Made by a program: the position numbers and the translations under genes | Notes under the pieces: model-generated | What the model was told of the DNA's origin: nothing | Database searches by the model: none | The model's input: only the letters and a program-made list of their open reading frames with translations | Source of the DNA: Octopus sinensis | Lineage: Eukaryota | Assembly: GCF_006345805.1 (NCBI RefSeq) | Contig: NC_042998.1 | Span: forward strand, 63,736,001-63,800,000 | Reading direction: 5' to 3' | DNA length: 64,000 nt | Shown here: one piece after another, positions 54,831 through 64,000 of the stretch | Position numbering within the stretch: position 1 is the stretch's first letter | Layout: each line of letters begins with the position of its first letter

Positions 54831-56170
54831 TCTATATATATATATATATATGGAGGTTGTCTACTCCTTATGGCACCAGATGTGGCTTTTTAAACCAATG
54901 TTCTGCACAGACGTACACACACATTGCATATCCAATTTGGACAACCAAATAATGTAGATACATGATCCTGAATTCATAAATAACGGGAAACGAATTTTAA
55001 AAATATTATGTATTTCACTCTACAGAATCTAAAACCCTATTTTTGATTGTTTTAATCTAATTACTTTGCTGTCTTTGAAATAGCAGACCACTTGAGAAAT
55101 GCAGTCTTATGAACTTGTTACCAAGATAATTCCATTTGTAAACATCAATTCCCCAATGAAATCTGAATTTATTAAGATGTGAACTCGCAAAATTTTGTTT
55201 TTTATTCAATATGTTTTTCAGTACCGTAAACAATTTTGTGTGATATGTATACACATAGTTACATTCATACATAAAGTAAATGCTTGTATGCATATAATAC
55301 AGTGTGCCAAAGTATACTGCATCAAATATATACTAATAAATATATACAAACATAAAGACATGAACACGTATACTTTAGGAATACACATATACATATGAAT
55401 ATGTATGCATATATATATTTATGTATGTATATACATACACACGTGCATATGTATATATACATATTCCTGTATATATGAATATACGAAGATGTTTAGTACA
55501 TATTATACAGGTATTTGTATGTATTCACACATACAAGAGTTCACAGTGACACATATACATATATTACTGCCTTGTTTATAACTAAATCACTTTTCGAATC
55601 GTTTCTTACAGCTATATATAAAATTCTTCTTTAATAAAAATGATTATCGTGTTTCTGTCGCTGTGAATACATCTCATTATAATGTCAAGGTTGCATATTT
55701 ATTATTTATTCAATTATATTATTTTTCTCTAGCAATTTTATAAATGCATTCCTTGATGTATTTATGTTTGTATCCTATATTTTCCGAATCTCGAAATGAA
55801 GATTCCAAATCAAAGTAAAATATTTACAAAGTTTTAAAGCTGAATAAGATTTTTGCATTGTGTTTATCGATTCTCACATATCGTTGTGAATAACTGCCCA
55901 AAGAAAAGCAATATAATGTGTCAGAGCAAGTGCGTGTATGTGTGTGCCATGCATACATACATACGTACGTGCGTATATACATACATATTCATATATACCC
56001 ATGCTCAAGTCAAAATATATATACAGACTCAAAACTAGAGTGGTAACGGCAGAAACGGCAATTAATTTGAGTATATATGATGCATAGGTATGTATGTGCC
56101 TGTGTATGTTTGTGTGAGTCTGTGTATATATACACATACACACAAACATGCATACATACAAATCTATATA

Positions 56171-56218
<48 letters not shown>

Positions 56219-56248
56219 CGTTAAATATCTGTTGTGCAAGATTTTTTA

Positions 56249-56302
<54 letters not shown>

Positions 56303-56367
56303 CATATATATACTTGCATCCATCGATCCACACACACACACACACACACCATTATATATATATATAT

Positions 56368-56675
56368 CTTTTACTTCTTTTAGTCATTTGAAAGCGGTCT
56401 TGCTGTAGCACCACATTAGTCGAACAAATCGATCATAGGAATTATTCGAAGCCTGGTTCTTATTCTATCGGTCTCTATTGCCGAAGTAATAAGTTACGGG
56501 GAGGTAAACACATCAACATCAGTTGTCAAGCGATGGTGGGGTGACAAACACTGACACACAAATGCATAGACACAAATACATACACACAAACACGCACAAA
56601 CACACACACACACATATATATTTATATATATATACGTCGGGCTTCTTTCAGTTTCCGTCTAACAAATCCACTCAC
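56368..56675 (-). mobile_element. SINE family A, 5'-truncated
   Basis: gtcgaacaaatcgat, ctattctatcggtctc, gttgtcaagcgatggtgggg, gggcttctttcagtttccgtct. Confidence 0.78.
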
Positions 56676-56885
56676 ATCAAATATCGTAAAAATTGTTTGT
56701 AACTATTGGAACTGAATCATAGTATAAAATTAGGAAAATTTTAGTTCTTTACAAAATAGACAAATATATATATAAAATTATGTATGTACGTATATATGTA
56801 TGTATTTCTCGAGCGTTAAATTACTACACGTTTTTTTTTTGTTTACACACCCGTCTTCGTCTTTTGTTTTTGTAAATTCTCATTA

Positions 56886-56896
56886 TCTATCAATCA

Positions 56897-56987
<91 letters not shown>

Positions 56988-57025
56988 CATATATCTATCT
57001 ATCTGTCTATCTGTCTATCTATCTA

Positions 57026-57056
<31 letters not shown>
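56886..57056. repeat. (ATCT)n/(CT)n microsatellite
   Basis: Direct reading. Confidence 0.95.
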
Positions 57057-57530
57057 ATTTGGGAACCTGACAAAGTTGCTGCAGCTCGGGTGGGATTTGT
57101 TACGACGAATTCTGATAGGTTGAGGCTTTCTGCCAATTCTCGGGTTGTGCAAGGTGGGTTACTCTCAACTAATGTCTTGATTTGGTCATCATCTGTAGTG
57201 GCCTAGCATATTGAAAGAAATCTGAAGATTCAGAAAATTATATTACATATATATAAGGCGAATGAACTCTAGGTAGATTCCTGATATGCTAAAGGTACAC
57301 ACCATGTTGTCTGACCACTAAGAAAAATTGTTCTCAAGAAAATTCGGCAAACATCAGAACGTAAAGAGAGCAAGACAAATGAAAGATAGATCTTCGCCGA
57401 ATTTTCCTGAGAACATTTTTTCTTATTGGTCAGTTGGTCAGACCATATGGTGTCTACATTTAACATATTAGGAATCCACCTAGTGTTCATTCTTGTTATA
57501 TATATATATGTATGCATGCATGTATGTATG

Positions 57531-57562
<32 letters not shown>

Positions 57563-58234
57563 TATGCACACTCATACTTATATCTGCATGCAATTATGCG
57601 TATATACAATACATACGTTTCTTCTTTGCAAAGCAAATTATTTATGATATCGAAAGCTGTTATACATAAATTTCTGGGAAGATGAGATCTATATTTTTGA
57701 AAATCTTTATCTAAATTATTCACCACTCAATCCTGGAACTAATACATTAAAACAATAATCATACACAGTTGCCCTTAAGACTGTTTAAAATTGATGTATA
57801 AACTTCTCCTCCACCACCCGTTGCAATAGAACTGAATCCAGTATTTTATGGCATATAAACGTCACTATATAGAAATCTCTCTAAAAAGAAAAGAGAAACA
57901 TTTTTTTCTGGAATAAGCCATTAAATACGGTATATGCATTATATATGAAACTGTATAACATCGATGGCAGAAATAACATTCTTTTGTACGGCAGATATGT
58001 GTATCATCAAAGGCGTATATATGCTTTAGTAATAAAAATTAAAGAACATTCTGCTCAGCATGTCGTGTCACAAAGTTCACAAAACGAGGAAATATGTTAC
58101 CAATATATTACAAAATATCGTTTACATTCTTATGTTCTCTGATGTAATTAATTTAACAGAGTCAATTTGCATCGAACATATGTTTTAGTGCATGTGCGTG
58201 TGATTCACGGTTTTTACTCGTACACACAAAGAGA

Positions 58235-58556
58235 CTAAAACTAGCAGCCTGTCGTTTAAGACACCTAATGTTCCAGTTGATTTGATCAATGGAACAGCTT
58301 GCACCTGGAATTAACGAGCAAGTGGCTGTGCAATCCAGAGATATGCATAATCTAAACGTCGTTTTAAGGGAGATTCAGCGTGACACAGAATATGAGATGG
58401 CTAGTATTTAATTCCAGGTACTATTCATTTTTGCCAGCCGAATAGACTGAAGTAACGTGAAGTGAAGTGTGTTCCTCAAAGACATAAATCACCACCGAGA
58501 ATCAATCTCTCGACCTTATGATCATGAGCTTAAAATACTAACCACTAAGACACCAG
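58235..58556 (-). mobile_element. SINE family C (tRNA head plus CORE-like domain)
   Basis: Minus strand: cttagtggttag..ttgattctc..ctttgaggaacacacttcacttcac..gctggcaaaaatgaatagtacctg. Confidence 0.6.
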
Positions 58557-58604
58557 CCTTCAATATACACTCATATAAAGAGCCCAGAAACACGCACACA
58601 CATA

Positions 58605-58663
<59 letters not shown>

Positions 58664-59909
58664 GCATACACACACATACATATATGCATTATATATGGAT
58701 GTGTTTCTTTCTGTACAGGAAGAATAAAATGATTGATCTTTCTTAAGTTGTCATAAAAGAAAACAAATTTTGTTGTTGAGAACAGAAAATTGACAGTGTG
58801 TAATTTGACACTATTTTTTTATTTGTATTTCTCCTATTCTTCTAATTGCAGAGAGAAATCATAGATGGTAGATAAATGTTTGAGTGAAATGCGCATTTCC
58901 TTGCAATATTTCACCGAACTTGCCAATATTCATATAAATACGTCTTTTAAAGTGACTTATTAACATATCACATGGGAAAACATAAATTTTGCTTATTTTC
59001 TTCGCAGCTTATTGACATATTCGGAAATGTCATTTCCAGTAACTAAACAGCATCTTTTCTCTCGAATAAATATTTTCTTTTGATTGTTTCCTTTTATTAG
59101 ATGGTTCATATTTTCCATTTTTGCGAATAAGAATTCTTCTGTTTTGTCTGACATAAATTCTGCTGAGGATTGAACTTAACGGTTCTGTCTATCAAAATCT
59201 ATTGCATATATTTTTAGTAGTAAAAGAAAGTTTGATTACTGTGGTTCTAATTAAATATTTACCCGATTGAGCGCCGAGGCAGAGGGCGGAGGTGACATAG
59301 GTTTTCAGAATTGTGATAAGCTGTCAAAGCGGTGCTTAAAAAAGAAAATATTTGAATTTTTTTTTTTTTTTGGAATGGAAGAAAAGGAAACAAGTGACAT
59401 TTCAGATAAACGTTAGTTTGTGTTTGAAGATTTTGTCAAATAATGAGTTGATTTAGGGCATTTTATGATAATATTATGTATCTTGAAAAATGCATGCTGA
59501 AAATCTATGTAACAGCATGTAAAACAGTTACACCTCTCGTAGTTCGTGAGCAGTTGTTTTGAGAATATTTAGTGGTTATATACACAAAGATACTTTCGTA
59601 TTCGGTTATGAAATTAATATTAATATTATGCAACTAGGGAGTGACAAAATGTAGTAAAACTATTTGCAAGACGTTAATCTTGCAATCGAATAAAAATGCG
59701 TTCAAATATCGTTTTGAGCAGGAGTGAGACCACCAAATTGAGTCTAATAACAAAATTGAGAAGAGCTGGATATCTTTAAAGCGTGGAATTTATCTGGAGA
59801 AGGAGATATTTATCTGGAGAAGGAGATAAGAGAAAGATAATATATCCGATAAAATCCTAGAGTATTGCAAAATTTAATTCTTGAGTTTCTTAACTAATAA
59901 ATATGTTTT

Positions 59910-60150
59910 AGCAATATTTTGACTGTTATTTCTAGCAACACATGCTGGTTTGCTCGTATCTTTTAAATATTTTATATGTTCGCAAATGCTTTCATGTTTT
60001 CACTGTTTACTTTGCTGGTGTGTATTTTAATGTTTTGACAGTTATTTCTAGCATCTCTTGCTGCTATGCTCGTAGTTTTTTAATATTTAATTTCCTCGCG
60101 AATATTTTAATGTTTTCCTCTGTTTACTGTTGCTAGTTTAATGTTTTGAC
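59910..60150. repeat. Diverged ~116 bp tandem repeat (~2 copies)
   Basis: gttatttctagca at 59925 and 60041; tgttttc.ctgtttact repeated. Confidence 0.6.
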
Positions 60151-60592
60151 ATGCCGGTGCTCCCCACCTCTTTCTCGCTACTGTGACGATGATGGAAGAG
60201 GCAGCGAACGTGCTGTTCTGATTGGCTGAAAATTTTGAAAACTATCAAACGTCGAGTACGTGTAATATTTTCGCTCAATTTTTCTGGAATAAATTAATAA
60301 CAAATTCACGTTCAGCATCAAAAATTACATCTATATAATACATTACAATGTTTTTTTAAGATTTCGACATGCAGTGACGATAACCACAAACATCAATGTC
60401 TTCTATCAAATAGAGAGTTATGTATTGTCACTAATTTTTCACAACCAGGTTATTTCTGTTTGAGTAGATCCATGGTCGAATGTATTCCACCCGATAACAT
60501 CCGACCTTTTTACGTCCAAAGTTTGGTTTAAGAGGAGTACGATTCTATTTCACTGGCTAAATGCCACTTATTATGATATTGTTTAGGGTGTA

Positions 60593-60800
60593 AGGCGGTG
60601 AGCTGCCAGTCACATTAGCACACTGGACAAAATGCTTAGCGGCATATCCTTACGTTCTGAGTTCAAATTCCGCCGTGGTTGACTTTGCCTTTTATCTTTT
60701 CGGGGTCGATAAATTAAGTACCGGTTGCGTACTGGGGTTTATCTAATTGACTGGCCCTTTTCCCCAAAAATTCGTGCCTTGTGCCTAGACTAGAAAAGAG
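60593..60800 (+). mobile_element. SINE family B, full length, with TSD
   Basis: aggcggtgagctg..gagttcaaattccgcc..gactttgccttttatcttttcggggtcgataaattaagtacc; TSD tatt(g/t)tttagggtgta at 60577-60592 and 60801-60816. Confidence 0.88.
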
Positions 60801-60819
60801 TATTTTTTAGGGTGTATCC

Positions 60820-61000
60820 ATTTACTTGTTTCAGTGATTTGACTGCGGTCATGCTGGAGCTCCGCCTTTAGTTAAGCAAATCACCCCTGGGACTTATTCT
60901 GTCGGTCTCTTTCCCGAACTTCCAAATTACGGGGAAGTAAAAACACCAGCATCGGCTGTCAAGCGATGTTGTGGGGGACAAACACACATACACACACACA

Positions 61001-61037
<37 letters not shown>

Positions 61038-61082
61038 ATATATTATGTTTCAGCCCAGAGCTGCGGCCATGCTGATGCACCG

Positions 61083-61170
<88 letters not shown>

Positions 61171-61265
61171 ACGACGGGCTTCTATCAGTTTCCGTTTACC
61201 AAGGCTTAGTTCGGCCCAAGGATATAGTAGAAGACACCTGTCCACGATGCCACGGAATGGGACTC
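60820..61265 (-). mobile_element. SINE family A carrying an extra LINE-tail insert in its TA tract
   Basis: Tail at 60823-60866; insert at 61046-61087; 5' part at 61170-61265. Confidence 0.8.
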
Positions 61266-62198
61266 GCACAAAACGTAGAGGGAAGAAACAAAATGTCTAA
61301 AGCTGTACACTTTGTGAAATACAGAGTTGCATTGTTTCTGAGCAACTGAGATAACATATTGAACATAGAGACAATTGATTTCTCTCAATCCACGAACACA
61401 CACCAGAGTGGCACTGGAGTTATATGTTTAATCTTCATTTCTATAATATAATTCTTATGATTGCAAATAATAAAACCATCGTTTGTTTCAAAGTCAAACA
61501 AGGGATACACTTAACTGAATCACGGGATTTAGCTATGTCGATGGCATGTGAAACTTTCTGAAAGTACACTGATTTTGAAGCTAATGCAGTTGCATCGGTT
61601 CATGCAGTATGAATCAATATCAGTAAATTCGGCGAGCATAGCCCTACGACGTCACATAAGCTGTGAGTAATATCAAAATCTTGATCTTACCATATTCAAC
61701 AGTATTGAAAAAGGGAGCTACGGATTAAACAATGCATACATAGATAGGTTCAAGTAGACGAAGACAACGATGTGAATGCAAAAGTGTCATTAACAGTGGT
61801 ACTGTATACTCGTTCAACCTCCTCGAATAGTAGTCAAATGTTTCAAATTGTACCACACTAAAAGGTACAATCTAAAATTCAGCCCTCATTTCATTTATTG
61901 TGGAAGAAAAGATAGCTTCGTGGCATCTAGATTGCATTTTAACCTAAAACGTATTTGTTGGCTCCGGATTATAAATGAAGACACATACTCAGGGTGCTGA
62001 GAAGTGAGACTGAAATCGGAAATACACTGCTCCGAAGTGGACACTTCATAATTAGCCCGCCACCTCTCTCTCGTTACACACACACACACTCACACACCCA
62101 CACCAACACATGCACACATAAACACACACACCATCGGATGGTGACTTGCCATCATGTAGAAATATATTTACAAAAAACAAAATAATTTAAAATTTGAC

Positions 62199-62728
62199 AT
62201 ATTCAATTTCTAAATCTTTCATAGAGACTCATACAGCAGCAGCACGATAAAGTGATCGTTTGTTGCCAACTTAATGTGGGAGTCCCAGGATAAGGAAGAA
62301 TGTTACTGATATTTGGCACAAGGACACATCTTTTCCAGTTGGCTATGTGACACAAGAGTTCTGTGTCCTTATGTTTTCAAAGAGGGGAGATAAGCACATC
62401 CACCCAGCAAAACTAGTTTCAGAGTCATTGCTCTTCATCAGTCTGGAGTAGCTTGGCTTGCTAGCTGCCGATGCTTATTCACCTATGAAAGCTTATAGCA
62501 TTTCAAACGAAATAAATTCACTGATCTACAAAATTAGTAATATTGCATTTCTAAATCTCTCAGAGAGACTTATACAGTAGCAGAACGATAAAGTGACGGT
62601 TTTGTTGCCAATTTAACGTGGCAGTCCAAGGAAAGGGAAAAACACTACTGCTATTTAGCCCCAGGAAACATCGTTTCCAGGTGGCTACGTGGCACAAGCA
62701 TTCTGTGTCCTTAAGTTTTCAAACAGGA
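62199..62728 (-). mobile_element. Hammerhead-bearing partial tandem element (~341 bp period), relative of 17741
   Basis: tttctaaatct at 62207 and 62548; shared blocks ctgtgtcctta, ggggaga, gagtagc, ttcactgat. Confidence 0.8.
62412..62447 (-). ncRNA. Hammerhead motif; 3' strand of stem I missing
   Basis: Minus strand: tccaga-CTGATGA-agag-caatga-ctct-GAAA-ctagt. Confidence 0.65.
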
Positions 62729-64000
62729 TTATGACCTCATTTATATATATTTTTCCTACTTGAGAATTTTTTCACTTCCTATGTACACTTGTTTTACTCT
62801 ACGCATGCTCTACGCATGATTGATTTTGACCATCTACAACCCACTTATCAAAACCAATGCCACTGAACATATTGACTCTTTCAACATATTTGTATACAAT
62901 TTTACCTTTGGTATGTTCACCCCCCACTTCCTCCTAACGTAATCGCCCGCTGACATTCGTTGTCGCTGCATCGAGAAACCAAAGAACGAAAGAAGAAAGG
63001 AGAAAGAAGAAACACACTCAACGCCAGAGCTGAAGACACCTCCGAAAGTGGGGGGGTGCCAGGTCGAAAACGGTAGAGGGGTAGTGCCCCAAACGGGATG
63101 TGGTTCTTCCTGATGATGTCTTTAACCGCTGGATCCTATAAAGGAGCTGTTGAGGTAGCGAACCACGAAACGTGGTTGGAATTCCTACCCCATTGTTGGT
63201 ATGGTGACAGTGTCGGAAACAATGATTTGCATCTTTTTGTTCCAGTTTTTTTATGTAATGAGTTCAGTTCCTTTATGGGTCAACTTTCATCATCCTTATT
63301 TCAGCCTTGGGAAAATGTACTGAGACCGAAGTAATTGGCTGACGCCCAACATTTAATTTATATGTCTGTATCAAATTGCGTTATTCAACTCCTTTTAACA
63401 GTTTACGCACACACACATACAGACACATACACAAACGCAAACACATACACACACTCACACGTACACACATACAAGTATATGTTTGTAAGTGTACGTGTGT
63501 GTGTGCATAAACTGTTGCAGTGTGTGATTATTGCACACAAACAAAAGAATCACAAAGCGAAAATTGCAGATATAAGATTTTCTGTTTGTATATTCGTCTA
63601 GTATTACACCACTAAATACATGTACATAGTATTGAATGTCTGAATAATTCAAATATTCAAAACAAATATTTACAAACAGACGTCGGAATTGTAAATTTAA
63701 GCGAAATATATACTGTCAGGTGCATTATTACTCGTTATGTTTTTTTTCTCTCTTTGTAAAGTTTTTACGCTTGTTTAATAATATATACATATTTTTGTTT
63801 TCCTATCAGCTTTGTTATCAATATTTAATATTGCATGAAAAAAATTAAATATTTACCATGCGTCACTTTTAATCATACGTTTCATTTAAAAGTAAGTGTA
63901 ATGATTTTTTAAAATGTTTTATGCTTCATAATTCACATTTGTTTAATGAAGGCAACTTATTTAAGTTAAACTATTATGGTTTGAAAGCTGTCAATTCATA

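Noticed and set aside
63028-63185. CTGAAGA..GAAA and CTGATGA..GAAA motifs as hammerheads
   Set aside because: Could not build consistent stems I and III; at most a decayed pLTR

Overview
AT-rich, microsatellite-saturated eukaryotic DNA with a 100-N gap at 48374-48473. The SINE and LINE repertoire suggests an octopus or other cephalopod genome (inference). No host protein-coding gene can be supported; most listed ORFs are translated microsatellites. The window is mostly decayed transposons: R4/Dong RLE LINEs stacked in (TAA)n, CR1-group and RTE LINEs (several in (TA)n), a mariner, a Chapaev3-like transposase relic, a Neptune-type Penelope-like element (PLE) and many tRNA-type SINEs. Two things stand out. 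(1) Several non-coding ~340-510 bp partial-tandem or fold-back elements carry type-I hammerhead ribozyme motifs, some with covarying stems, TSDs and a shared 3' terminus. These look like retrozymes or non-autonomous PLE derivatives. (2) A full-length 5S rRNA copy is fused to the 3' tail shared by the local LINEs and SINEs. All calls were made by eye, without database searches.
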